Origin: an uncultured Acidobacteriota bacterium
Lineage (GTDB): Bacteria > Acidobacteriota > Polarisedimenticolia > J045
Assembly (NCBI GenBank): GCA_963702425.1
Contig: CAVPCQ010000036.1
Coordinates: 1 to 64,000, forward strand
Direction: 5' to 3'
Length of the DNA stretch: 64,000 bases
Part shown: piece after piece, positions 1-9,412 of the stretch
How the letters are laid out: every line of letters begins with the position of its first letter
Position numbering within the stretch: the stretch's first letter is position 1
Translations under genes and position numbers: made by a program
Notes under the pieces: generated by a model
The model's database searches: none
What the model was told of the DNA's origin: nothing
The model's input: only the letters and a program-made list of their open reading frames with translations

Positions 1-481
1 ACGCCCGCCTCACCGCCGACGTCGTCGAAGTCTTCCACAACGGCCGCCGGATCACGTCGGCACCGGCGGTTACGGGGCCGCGGCCAGAGCTCGACCTACC
101 CCGGCGCGTGCCCGCGTCCCATCGTGCCCACGCCGAGTGGACGCCCTCGCGGCTGATCCACTGGGCCGAGAAGAGCGGCCCGGCCACGGGGCGCGTGGTC
201 GAGCAGATCCTGCGCTCGAGGCCCCACCCCGAGCAGGGCTATCGGGCCTGCCTGGGCCTGATGCGTCTCGGCAAGAGCACGGCGACGGCCGTCTCGAGGC
301 GGCCTGTGCGCGGGCCGAGCGCCTCGCCGCCGTGAGCTTCAAGACCGTGCACAACATCCTGCAAGCCGGTCTCGACCGTGTCCCGATCGCGGACGAGTCG
401 CTGGCTCCGTCGCCCCCCCCGCAAGGCCATCCCAACATCCGTGGCGCGGACTACTACGCGTCCCAGGAGACCGAATGCTGA
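1..481 (+). pseudogene. istA: IS21 transposase IstA C-terminal part, frameshifted near 275
   Basis: WTPSRLIHWA...HPEQGYRACLGLMRL (ORF 108..335) continues in another frame as RLEAACARA...HPNIRGADYY (ORF 137..481). Both are typical IstA C-terminal motifs. Confidence 0.85.
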
Positions 482-1263
482 CCCAGCCCACGATCGACAA
501 GCTCCAGGCGATGAACCTGCACGGCATGGCCGAAGCCTTCGACCGGCAGCAGCACGACAGCAAGCACCTTGCGCTCGACTTCGAAGAGCGCTTCGGTCTG
601 CTGGTCGACCACGAGTGGACGCAGCGCGAACAGCGCAAGCTGACTCGGCGGCTGAAGCTGGCCCGGCTGCGCTACGACGCCGCACTCGAGGACGTCGAGG
701 TCAAACCCGGGCGCGGCCTGGATCGCCAGGTGCTGCTCGCGCTCGGCGCCTGCACCTGGATCACCGAGCGCCACAACCTGATCATCACCGGCCCGACCGG
801 CTCCGGGAAGTCCTACCTGGCCTGCGCCTTCGGCGAACGCGCCTGCCGCAAGGGCTTCACCGCCCAGTACGTCCGCGCCCCGCGCCTGATCCAGGCCCTG
901 GCCGTGGCCCGCGGCGACGGCTCGTCCGGCCGCCTGCTGGCCCGACTGGCCAAGCTCGACCTGCCGGCGATCGACGAACCCCGGCTGCTCTCGCCGCTCC
1001 AGGACGCCGAGCGCCGCGACCTGCTCGAGGTGATCGAGGACCGCGCCGAGCGTGGCTGGACACTCCTGGCCGGTCAGCTCCCGATCAAAGCCTGGCACGA
1101 GGTGATCGGCGAAGCGATGCTCGCAGACGCCATCCTGGATCGCCTGGTCCACCGCGCGCACAAGATCGATCTCAAAGGGCCCTCGCAACGCGAGCTCCGC
1201 AGTCCGATCCGTGGCGGAGACAAGCCCCGATGTGATCGTCGCGGCGCTCCGAACTCGCGCTGA
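475..1263 (+). CDS. istB: IS21 helper ATPase IstB (degenerate Walker B and C-terminus)
   Basis: Walker A GPTGSGKS, ADAILDRLVH motif, overlaps the istA stop. Confidence 0.9.
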   Translation: MLTQPTIDKLQAMNLHGMAEAFDRQQHDSKHLALDFEERFGLLVDHEWTQREQRKLTRRLKLARLRYDAALEDVEVKPGRGLDRQVLLALGACTWITERHNLIITGPTGSGKSYLACAFGERACRKGFTAQYVRAPRLIQALAVARGDGSSGRLLARLAKLDLPAIDEPRLLSPLQDAERRDLLEVIEDRAERGWTLLAGQLPIKAWHEVIGEAMLADAILDRLVHRAHKIDLKGPSQRELRSPIRGGDKPRCDRRGAPNSR

Positions 1264-1481
1264 CGCGCGATGGCCTACGGACTCTGGGGGGGTCCGTGGA
1301 AAACGCATGACGCCGCGTTTCCCACCGCCCCTTGGACGGCGCGAACCACCGCGCCGTCCACAGGCCCCACAGGCCCTACTGCCACCCCGGCCTTCGACCG
1401 ATCGGGATCCCGCGCTAGAATCTGCCGAGGCTTGACAGGAGGCGAAACCAGAACGAACCGACTGTCGCTTCGCTCCGACGC

Positions 1482-1549
1482 GTGATCACCATCGGCGGAA
1501 TCAGTGATCACGATCCCGGATCGGGTGATCACGATCGCCGGAACCGCCA
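1482..1549 (+). repeat. IS21 terminal repeats (IRR)
   Basis: GTGATCAC at 1482, 1504 and 1525 (21-22 bp period), with terminal CA. Confidence 0.8.
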
Positions 1550-2334
1550 ATGAAGGCCGCCGACGACGGCACCAGCCTTCCCCTGAAGCCCTCCTGGCCC
1601 TCGCCAGCCCGATCTACTACTCCGTCGAACCCCACGGAGCGCGACCGCTACGGCGACCGGATCGAGTTCTGCCTCCATGGGCTCCGGGTCGGCGGAGACG
1701 TCGCCGTCTGGGTGGTCTGCGACAACCCCGAGTTCGAGTCCGGCAGCCGGGTGGAGCGCTTCGTGCCCTGCGGGGCGCTCGGCGCGGCCATCCACCGGCT
1801 CTGGCACGACTACGACGGCGAGAGCATGGGGCTGGCCCCCCCGGTCGGCCGGCCGGACGCGGCGGCCCGGCTTCGGGACCGGCGGACGGAGGTCGCGGCG
1901 CTTCCGCCGCTACGACCAGCCCGACGGAAGGGAGTCGACCCACCCGCGCCCGGCGGAGGTCTTCTCCCGCATCTGCACCACGGCGCGCGACGCCCAGCCG
2001 CCCTGGTGGGGCTGGGACGGCGCGAACCTCTTCCTCTGCCGCGTCGGGATGCAGAACCGGGGCATGGCCAGCCCCGTGCCCCGCTTCGACAAGAGCCTCG
2101 TCGAACTGCTCTCCGCGGTCGGCATCCCGATCGACCGCCTCGACCCCCACCCCGAGGCGCGCGGCGACGAACTCCTCGCCGTCCTCCAGGCCTCCGCGGC
2201 CCTCCGGGAGCGGGACCTCACCCGCAGCGAGATCGAGCCGACGGCGAGCGTCGATCCGGCAGTCGAAGAACGAGATCGCGCGTTTCGAGCAGGAGATCGC
2301 GCGGCTCGAGGAGAAGCTGCGGGGGTTCGAGTAG
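1550..2334 (+). pseudogene. C-terminal remnant of a hypothetical gene, interrupted by the IS and multiply frameshifted
   Basis: Protein-like segments alternate between three frames (IEFCLHGLRVGG..., WWGWDGANLFLCR..., KNEIARFEQEIARLEEKLRGFE*). Confidence 0.5.
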
Positions 2335-2548
2335 GCGGTGCGTGGGCGCCGCACCGCGAACCCCGGCTTTGGCGCGAAGCGTCGCCTCCCTGAACGAGGT
2401 CGGATCCCGGAACGGGGATGATCCGCCCCGCCATTCCGGAAATCGGCGCCTCCAGCACCCATGCTGGCGAACGACCTCACCGCGGGCTTCATGAATCGTG
2501 CGAGACCATTCAAACCGCGCGCCAACCAGGCAGGCCCGCCACAACCGA

Positions 2549-2577
2549 TTGCATCGGTGTACATATGTGCATATATT
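2549..2577 (+). promoter_or_regulatory. sigma70-like promoter with palindromic operator, BrnTA module
   Basis: TTGCAT-N17-TATATT enclosing the imperfect palindrome TGTACATATGTGCA. Confidence 0.55.
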
Positions 2578-2578
2578 C

Positions 2579-2728
2579 TGTTTCGCCGTCCGAGTGGGAC
2601 CCGCGAAGGCGCTACCTAATCGCCGCAAGCACGGCGTGGCCTACACCTGGCGCGGGGAGCGGATCCGCCTCATCTCCGCCCGCCGCGCCACGCCGGCCGA
2701 GCGCCGGCAATACGAGGCCGGTCCATGA
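2579..2728 (+). pseudogene. brnT: BrnT-family toxin with internal deletion
   Basis: EWDP and NRRKHGV joined directly to YTWRGERIRLISARRAT...YE; the middle of the domain is missing. Confidence 0.75.
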
Positions 2729-3000
2729 AGCGCGAATACGACTTCTCGAAGGGCCGCCGCGGCGCAGTCCTCCCCGTGCCGACCGGCAAGACGCGGATCA
2801 CGATCCGCATCGACGACGACGTGCTGGAGTGGTTCCGAGCCCAGGTCGACGCCGCCGGCGGCGGCAGCTACCAGGCGCTGATGAACCAGGCGCTCCGCGA
2901 GTGGATCGCGTCCCGCGAGGAACCGCTGGAGGACCTGCTGCGCCGCGTGATCCGCGAGGAGCTGCCACGGCGTCGCAACGTGATCGGGCGGAAGCGGTAG
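2725..3000 (+). CDS. brnA: BrnA-family antitoxin
   Basis: MKREYDFSKG...KTRITIRIDDDVLEWFR...YQALMNQALR; ATGA overlap with brnT. Confidence 0.85.
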   Translation: MKREYDFSKGRRGAVLPVPTGKTRITIRIDDDVLEWFRAQVDAAGGGSYQALMNQALREWIASREEPLEDLLRRVIREELPRRRNVIGRKR

Positions 3001-3124
3001 CGGGGAGGCGAGGCCGCATCGCGGGCCGCGCGGGTTCTGCGCCGCGATGCACACCGTCCCGGAGATTGCACGGCGGGCGCTTCACCCCCGGTCAGCCTCT
3101 GCTCCACCCGTGAAAGGCCCGGGC

Positions 3125-3343
3125 CTCCACGGGTCGGCCGGCGAGTCTCGCCAAGCCAGGCGAGCATGAGGAGAGCGCCCTTCAGAAGAAGCGCCCTGCG
3201 TGACGAGAAATCGATAGCCGGTACAGCAACCGCTCGGTCGCGTAACGCGTGAGCACGAGGTTCGGGTCCACGCCGATTTCCTCGGCGTGCCGAACGAGGC
3301 GCACCTGGACCGAGTGCGCGAGCCCGGTGGGCGCCCGGCTGAT
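3125..3343 (-). pseudogene. abiEii: AbiEii nucleotidyltransferase toxin, N-terminal fragment only
   Basis: LAHSVQVRL...LTRYATERLLYRLS...LKGALLMLAW...RPT, then truncated. Confidence 0.75.
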
Positions 3344-3946
3344 CCCACCAGCGACTCCAGGTAGGGCCGCATCACGCGCTCCACGCGACAGGTGCGGGCG
3401 TGGCGTGTCAGCGCGGCCATCGTGAAACGGCGGTCGCGCCACGCCTCGCGCAGCGCCTCCAGCGCCACGGCGAGCCCGACCTTGTGCCGGTACTTGAACA
3501 GGTCGGCCAGCGTCTTGGCCACGCTGTAGACGCGCACGGGCTGACCCTCGATGCGGTGGGTCTCGATCCCCTCGGTCAGCGCTCCGCCGGAGAAGCGAAC
3601 CACGCGCAGGGGGGGCTGCCGGAGCAGCGGGGCACGCGCGCGCTCGGTCGATCGCCAGCCAGACCTGGAAGGGGACCTCGGTCCCGATCCCGTGGAAGCT
3701 GAGCGCGGACAGAAGGCAGACGACCCCGCGCGGCGCCGCCCGTGCCGCCAGGACCAGACCGTGGTGTTCCGTGACGGCGAGACCGGCCACCCGGTACAGA
3801 CCGCGTGCCACCCGCTCGAGCCGGCCCTGCCGGACGAGGCGGGTGAGCGCCTGGCTATGGATCCCGGCGCGCGTGACGTCCCCGGCGCGGATCAGGCCGC
3901 GCCGGCGCGCGAGTGCGAGAAGCCGGTCGCTGTCGGAGGCGCTCAT
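3340..3946 (-). pseudogene. abiEi: AbiEi antitoxin (type IV TA), frameshift in a G-run near 3610
   Basis: LTRLVRQGRLERVARGLY, CLLSALSFH, KTLADLFKYRHKVGL, RVMRPYLE motifs across two frames. Confidence 0.8.
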
Positions 3947-3953
3947 GTGTGCA

Positions 3954-3981
3954 AGTGTATGCATTTGTGCATATCTGTCAA
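3954..3981 (-). promoter_or_regulatory. sigma70-like promoter of abiE (probably leaderless)
   Basis: TTGACA-N16-TACACT, 7 nt upstream of the ATG at 3946, with TGCA repeats. Confidence 0.55.
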
Positions 3982-4135
3982 CCTTTTTCCCACAGACGCG
4001 ACTCCCGAGGCACCGCTCGGGCGCGGTCCATCGCCTGTGAGTGTCACATTCCGAGCCCGCCAAGGCGACTCAGAGCGTTGCCGGAGCGGGATCGTGCTCG
4101 CGGCCTTGGCTGTGCTTGGCTGTGCTTGGCGATCC

Positions 4136-4332
4136 GCGATGAGTCCCGCCCTCACGTCCACGTGCGGCAAGGCTCCGGCAGGGTCAAGATCTGGCCTGAT
4201 CCTGCCATCGAAGTTGTCTCACACTCCCGCATGGACGCACCGAGCCGCTCCAGGGCACTCCGGCTCGTGCGCCAGAACAAGGACCTCCCCCGTGCCGCGT
4301 GGGAAGCACATCGCCGCTCCGAAGATCGCTGA
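4136..4332 (+). pseudogene. DUF4160-family (HicA-like) toxin, 5' truncated
   Basis: DESRPHVHVR...KIWPDP...AAWEAH; no proper N-terminus. Confidence 0.65.
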
Positions 4333-4556
4333 GCTGACCGAGGACGGCTTCTGGCTCGTCCTCGACGAGCGCCGGATCTTCGTCGACTTCCGCGAGTTCC
4401 CGTGGTTCCGCGACCGCTCGCGCGAGGAGCTGCAGAACGTCGAACACCCGTTCCCCGACGAGCTCCGCTGGCCGGAGCTGGACGTCGACCTGACGGTCGA
4501 CTCACTGCTGCACCCGGAGCGGTACCCGCTGCGGTTCGGGGGGCTCTGGGCCCTCC
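4318..4556 (+). pseudogene. DUF2442-family antitoxin, no clear start or stop
   Basis: GFWLVLDERRIFVDFREFPWFR...LRWPELDVDLTVDSLLHPERYPL. Confidence 0.7.
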
Positions 4557-4871
4557 ATGGCGCCCCGAGCGAAGCACCCCCCTATCCATCCCGGCGAGGT
4601 CCTCTCCGCGGGCTTCCTCGTCCCGCTGAAGCTCTCGCAGTACCGCCTCGCCCGGAGCATCAGCGTGCCGCCCCGGCGCATCAACGAGATCGTCCACGGC
4701 GAGCGCGCGATCTCCGCGGACACGGCCCTTCGCTTCGCGCGGTTCTTCGGCACGTCCGACCGCTTCTGGCTGAATCTGCAGACGCGCTACGACCTCGAGG
4801 TCGAGCGCGACCGGCTCGGTCCGCGCCTGGACGACGAAGTCACGCCCCTGGCCGAGGTGCGGGCGAGGTGA
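4557..4871 (+). CDS. higA: HigA-family antitoxin (no cognate HigB adjacent)
   Basis: PIHPGEVL...SQYRLARSISVPPRRINEIVHGERAISADTALRFARFFGTS.RFWLNLQ.RYDL. Confidence 0.9.
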   Translation: MAPRAKHPPIHPGEVLSAGFLVPLKLSQYRLARSISVPPRRINEIVHGERAISADTALRFARFFGTSDRFWLNLQTRYDLEVERDRLGPRLDDEVTPLAEVRAR

Positions 4872-4876
4872 CGGGC
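4672..4876 (+). repeat. Direct repeat A copy 1 (higA 3' end)
   Basis: About 90% identical to 5506..5709 by eye. Confidence 0.9.
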
Positions 4877-4990
4877 CCTAAGCCGCCCGGATGCGCCCCC
4901 CGCTCGCCGAATCCCGCGCGCGGGACGATGTCGCGTCGAGTCCCCTCACCACCTCCCCCTCGCCCGCTACCGTGCTCGGCGGAGGTGCGC

Positions 4991-5227
4991 GTGCCCACCG
5001 TGCTCCGAGCTTCCGGTTACCGGGTGTTCTTCACCGCTCACGATCGCGGCGAGCCTCCGCATGTCCACGTCGTTCGCGCCGATGGTCACGCCAAGGTGTG
5101 GCTCGACCCCTTCGAGCTCGCCTGGGCTCGCGGCCTCCGATCCGATCAGGTGACGGAACTGCTCGAACTGGTCGATAATTGGCGAGCCCTGCTGCTGGAG
5201 GCTTGGCATGACTACTTCGCGCACTGA
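4991..5227 (+). CDS. DUF4160-family toxin
   Basis: GGAGG RBS, then VPTVLRASGYRVFF...EPPHVHV...AKVWL...LLEAWHDYF. Confidence 0.8.
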   Translation: MPTVLRASGYRVFFTAHDRGEPPHVHVVRADGHAKVWLDPFELAWARGLRSDQVTELLELVDNWRALLLEAWHDYFAH

Positions 5228-5503
5228 CCTGGCCCCCGTGGCCGTCAACGTGCTCTGCACCGAAGACACCCTCGAGATCACGCTGTCGGACGGCCGCCGG
5301 CTCTCCGTGCCGCTCTGGTGGTTCCCGCGGCTGCACCGCGCGACGCCGGATCAGCGCATCCGCTGGGAGTTGATCGGGGGCGGCGAGGGGATCCATGGCC
5401 CGACGTGGACGAGGATCTCGAGGTGGAGCACCTGTTCTCGTTCGCGCTTCGCCCGCTCCCGGCGAGTCAGGCCGATTGGAAGTCGCCGTTGGCGGGGTCG
5501 TAG
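5208..5503 (+). pseudogene. DUF2442-family antitoxin, frameshift near 5397
   Basis: LSDGRRLSVPLWWFPRL..AT..QR..WELIGGGEGIH continues in another frame as WPDVDEDL. Confidence 0.75.
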
Positions 5504-5505
5504 GG

Positions 5506-5709
5506 CCCGGCGCATCAACGAGATCGCCCACGGCGAGCAGGCCATTACCGCGGACACGGCCCTTCGCTTTGCGCGGTCTTCGGCACCTCCGACCGCTTCT
5601 GGCTGAACCTGCAGGCCCGCTGCGACCTCGAGGTCGAGCGCGACCGGCTCGGTCCGCGCCTGGACGACGAAGTCACTCCCCTGGCCGAGGTGCAGGCCGG
5701 GTGACGGGC
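5506..5709 (+). repeat. Direct repeat A copy 2 (higA 3' fragment, pseudogene)
   Basis: RRINEIAHGEQAITADTALRFAR... with a 1-bp deletion and no 5' part. Confidence 0.9.
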
Positions 5710-5890
5710 GCCGTCTACCGCCACGAGCGCCCTCGCACGTTTCCCGCGGACGGGACAGTTCCTCACGAAGCAGGTATCGCAGCGCCTGTTCGCTACGCAT
5801 CCTGACGGCACCGCTCGATGGCGGGGCAAGCCAGGCGGCACGCCCTGACATCGTCATGGACCGGGGTGCGCCAATGGCGTATATACTGCT

Positions 5891-6208
5891 TTGAGGTTCA
5901 TCGAGACCGTCGGCTTCAGCCGCCGACTGCTCGAGTTGCTGGACGACGACGGCTACCGCGCGATGCAGGCGGCACTCCTGGCGAACCCTGGTCGCGGGGC
6001 CGTCATCGCAGGCAGTGGCGGCTTGCGGAAGTTGCGTTGGGGACTCCCGGGACGCGGGAAGAGAGGCGCGCTCCGCGTCATCTACTGCTGGGACGCCCCG
6101 GCGGAGACGATTTTCATGCTGCTGCTCTACACGAAGCAGGACCAGGAGGCTCCAACCCGAGATGAGTTGCGGCTCTTGGCCCGCCTCATGAGTGGGGACG
6201 AAGCGTGA
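5891..6208 (+). CDS. RelE/HigB-2-like toxin
   Basis: FIET..F...NP..G.VI.GSGGLRKLRW...GKRGALRVIY...LLYTK; preceded by palindrome GCGCCAATGGCGT and TATACT. Confidence 0.85.
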   Translation: MRFIETVGFSRRLLELLDDDGYRAMQAALLANPGRGAVIAGSGGLRKLRWGLPGRGKRGALRVIYCWDAPAETIFMLLLYTKQDQEAPTRDELRLLARLMSGDEA

Positions 6209-6495
6209 AGAAGGAACTCTTCGCAGAACTGGTCGAGAGCGTCAAGGAGATGCGCGCCATCATGCGCGGCCAGCGCAAGCCCGCCCGCGTGACGGTGGTC
6301 GAGCCGGTCCACGTGCAGGCGATCCGCAAGCGGCTGGGCATGACGCAGCCGGAGTTCGCGCGGCTGATCGGCGTCAGCGTGGCCACGCTTCGCAACTGGG
6401 AGCAGGGGCGCCGCCAGCCACACGGCCCGGCCCGCGCCCTGCTCAAGGTCGTCGCGAAGAACCCCAAGGCCGTGCTGGACGCGCAGCGCGGCTGA
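6205..6495 (+). CDS. XRE/NadS-like HTH antitoxin
   Basis: LFAELVESVKE...IRKRLGMTQPEFARLIGVSVATLRNWEQGRRQP.GPARALL; GTGA overlap with the toxin. Confidence 0.85.
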   Translation: MKKELFAELVESVKEMRAIMRGQRKPARVTVVEPVHVQAIRKRLGMTQPEFARLIGVSVATLRNWEQGRRQPHGPARALLKVVAKNPKAVLDAQRG

Positions 6496-6603
6496 CGGCT
6501 GGGCCGAGGCGCTCGAGCACCCCGCCGGCCGCCCGGCCGCCCGGCCCGCCCCGCGCGGGACGCTCCGTCCCACGCGAGGCGATCCGGCCCGGCGTTCCGA
6601 GGG

Positions 6604-8859
6604 CTACGGCGTGGTCGCCGAAGCGACGTTGCTGGACTTCGAGTCGCCGCCCGCGTTGCGGGCCTTGACGCGGAAACGGTACGTGGTGCGCGACGCGGTC
6701 GTGCCGTCGCGGTAGGTGGTCGTGTTCGCGGCAGTCGTGGCGATCGGCGCGAAGTTGGTGCACCGCTTGCCCCTGCAGCGCTCGACGACGAACGCCGTCT
6801 CGTTGCTGGCGTTGTCCTTCCAGCGCAGGTCGACGTAGGTCTTGCGGCTCGCGCCGCTGCCGGTGGCACCGGCCTTCGCGGTGAGGCTGGAGGGGGCGGC
6901 GGGGGGTGACGGCGGCGGCGCGTCGCTCACCTCGAGCGAGGTCTTCGCCAGGTTGGAGTTGATCATCCCGTCCCAGGCGGCGTAGGTGAAGCTGTCGGCG
7001 CCCTTGTAGCCGGCGTCGGCGAAGTAGGTCGCCACGGTCCCCGACAGCCCGACCGTACCGTGCTGCGGCTGGGAGACGATCCGGTAGGTCAGCGCGTTGC
7101 CGTCCGCGTCGGTGGCGGTGAGGGTGATCGGGGTCGCGCTGTCCGGCTTGGCGTTCCAGTTCAGATCCGACGCGACGGGCGCACGGTTCGGATTCGAGTG
7201 CTCGCTGTCCGGGCCATTGTGGCAGGCGTAGCAGGAGATCTGGAACCCCTGCCAGAAGTTCTTCGTGCCGAACTCGGTCCTGAGCGTCCGCGGCCCCAGC
7301 GCGTAGCTGAGAACCGTCCCGCGCGAGTCGCGGCCGTGGCACGCCTGGCAGGCGGCCGAGCCGCCGTCCTCGGCGGCGTCGCCGTGCTCTTCGACCCAAT
7401 CCTGGCCGACCGGGTGCATCCCGTGCGGGCCGCCCGACGAGCCGCGCGGGGTATCCGCGTGGCACGTGCTGCAGTCGGAGATCGTCCCGGCGTGCCCCTG
7501 CAGCTGCTGGCTCTGGACGTTGTCGTTGGCCTCGAAGCTGGCGTACTCGGCGTGCGTCGCGCCGTGGCACGACTCGCAGGCCAGGCCGCCGTGACCGGAG
7601 GAGAAGCGGTAGAGCGAGTATCCCGCGCCCGGCGTGTTCGGGTTCGTGGCGAAGGTCGCGTCGACCGCCTGCCGCCGGCTGCCGTTGGCCTCCAGCGCGT
7701 TGCTGTACCGGATCTGGCCGTTGTTGCGGAGCGCGGTCCCGGTGTGGCAGTTCTGGCAGCTCGGCTGGTCGAGCCAGCCGTCGCGGGAGGCGCTCCCCAC
7801 CGCGCTCATCGAGCCGTGGCACCCCTGGCATTGCATCGCCATCGTGCCGTCGCCGGCGACCGCCTTGCCCATCGCGCCGCGCAGGCAGCGCGTCGTCGAG
7901 CCCGGGTGGCAGCGGTAGCAGGCCGAGCGGTTCGTGCTGTCGTCGAGCGCCATCTGGTTGGTGGGGTCGTTCACGCTGGCGTGCATCGAGTGCACCGCCT
8001 GCGTGAGGGGCGGGATCCCGGTCATGCCGGTGCCCGGCAGCGCGTTGCTGGCGTGGCACTTCGCGCAGAGGATCGGCGTGCCGCGGTCGTGCGCCGTGGC
8101 GTAGAGCCCGGCGGGGTCGTATCCGGCGTCGGCGAGCGCCTGCTGGAAGCGCGGGCTTCCGCCCTCGTAGTCGTCGTGGAGCAGCAGGACGTTGTAGCGG
8201 AAATCGAGCTGCGGGTCGGCGTGGTTGATCCAGCCGCCGCTCGGCCGCGCGTCGGGACCCGACCCGGAGGCGTGGCAGGCGCGGCAGTCCATCTCGTCGG
8301 AGACCGGCAGCACGATGTCGGTCTGCGCCAGGAACCTCCCCGACCGGTCGCGCGCGACGAGGCGCATCATCGGGTAGGTGTCCTTGGCCCCCTTGTCGTT
8401 GACCGGCGTGATCGGGATGCCGTCGGCGATCCACCAGCGCATGCCGGGGTCGTAGCTCATGTTCTGCGGGACGTTGCCCGGCCCGGGCATGCCGTACCCG
8501 GCCAGCCCCATGTCGGGGGCCGGCGTCGCGCCGAAGAGCGGCCCGACGAACTGCCAGAAGTTCGTCTTCCCGACCGAGCTGCTGTTGACCGACCCCTTGG
8601 GATCGGCCACCGCCTGGTAGGTGACGACGTACGACGCCCCGTTCGTGACGAAGTGGCCGTTGGCGTCGATGAGTTGCGCGTGGATGACGTTGTAGGGCGG
8701 AAGGATCGTGAAGACCTGGAAGTCGGCATCCATGCAGTGCATTCCGAGGTTGTTCCAGCCGACCAGCGTGTAGCCGGTGGCCGGGTCTGCCGCGTACGCC
8801 GCAGTCGTGGCGAGCACCAGCACGACCACTGCGAGGGCGAGGAGCGCGCACCGCTTCAT
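6604..8859 (-). CDS. Secreted multiheme cytochrome c (9 CxxCH) with C-terminal Ig/cadherin-like and FN3 domains
   Basis: Signal peptide MKRCALLALAVVV; CRACH, CAKCH, CYRCH, CQGCH, CQNCH, CESCH, CSTCH, CQACH, CYACH; DADG..LTY..P.HG..G.DSFTY repeat; FN3 LRWKDN..Y.FRVKA.N. Confidence 0.9.
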   Translation of the reverse strand: MKRCALLALAVVVLVLATTAAYAADPATGYTLVGWNNLGMHCMDADFQVFTILPPYNVIHAQLIDANGHFVTNGASYVVTYQAVADPKGSVNSSSVGKTNFWQFVGPLFGATPAPDMGLAGYGMPGPGNVPQNMSYDPGMRWWIADGIPITPVNDKGAKDTYPMMRLVARDRSGRFLAQTDIVLPVSDEMDCRACHASGSGPDARPSGGWINHADPQLDFRYNVLLLHDDYEGGSPRFQQALADAGYDPAGLYATAHDRGTPILCAKCHASNALPGTGMTGIPPLTQAVHSMHASVNDPTNQMALDDSTNRSACYRCHPGSTTRCLRGAMGKAVAGDGTMAMQCQGCHGSMSAVGSASRDGWLDQPSCQNCHTGTALRNNGQIRYSNALEANGSRRQAVDATFATNPNTPGAGYSLYRFSSGHGGLACESCHGATHAEYASFEANDNVQSQQLQGHAGTISDCSTCHADTPRGSSGGPHGMHPVGQDWVEEHGDAAEDGGSAACQACHGRDSRGTVLSYALGPRTLRTEFGTKNFWQGFQISCYACHNGPDSEHSNPNRAPVASDLNWNAKPDSATPITLTATDADGNALTYRIVSQPQHGTVGLSGTVATYFADAGYKGADSFTYAAWDGMINSNLAKTSLEVSDAPPPSPPAAPSSLTAKAGATGSGASRKTYVDLRWKDNASNETAFVVERCRGKRCTNFAPIATTAANTTTYRDGTTASRTTYRFRVKARNAGGDSKSSNVASATTP

Positions 8860-9057
8860 GATTCCCTCTCTCTCTCTTGGGAGGCGCTCCGGGGAGGAGC
8901 GCCTCCAGTTGCTCGCGGCAAGCCGGGTGGTGGCCGCGGTATCGAGAACGAAGCGGGCACGGGGCGGTGGGTGCCACGGGCTGCTTCGCGGGGATCGGGT
9001 GGAGCCCTTCAAAGCGGTGGCGCGCGTTACCTCTCATGATTCCTTGTTGTGTTGTTA

Positions 9058-9073
9058 TGCAAGGGAGCTGCCA
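9058..9073 (-). promoter_or_regulatory. sigma54 (-24/-12) promoter upstream of the multiheme cytochrome
   Basis: Minus strand TGGCAG-CTCCC-TTGCA within an AT-richer intergenic region. Confidence 0.65.
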
Positions 9074-9412
9074 CTCGAAGGAGAACCGTGGCGGACACTT
9101 CCGAACGATTCTTTTCCTGAAGTGGTCGAAAGTTGAAACAGTGACTAACCAGGCCGTGCAGACTGCAACACCTGCGGCACCCGGTAAGGGCGGGGGGTGC
9201 TCCTGCCGGGCTGCTTCTCTGGGCCTTGCGGTCCTTCGCAGCCGGGGGGGACCGATCACCGGTCTCCCGCGCCTTTCCGGGCCCGCAGGCGTGAAGACGG
9301 TCCGCTCCACGCGCGCGCCGCTCGCGCCACCCGGCGGTCCCACATCCCGGAGCGGGGATGGTCCTTGCCGGAGTCGACTGCGCCGCGGCGCTCCGCCGCT
9401 CATGCTCGGCGC

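Larger units (their letters stand above)
1..1549 (+). mobile_element. IS21-family insertion sequence, right part (degenerate)
   Basis: istA C-terminus, then istB, then a terminal region with three GTGATCAC repeats ending ...GGAACCGCCA at 1549. The left end is outside the window. Confidence 0.85.

Noticed and set aside
1482-1549. CRISPR-like short repeats
   Set aside because: Only three 8-12 bp units at a 21-22 bp period, at the IS21 end; these are transposase-binding repeats. No cas genes.
4872-5509. 9-bp inverted repeat (CGGGCCCTA / TAGGGCCCG) flanking the DUF4160/DUF2442 cassette as transposon ends
   Set aside because: Short, GC-rich, includes a stop codon and has no counterpart at the second cassette; may be chance.
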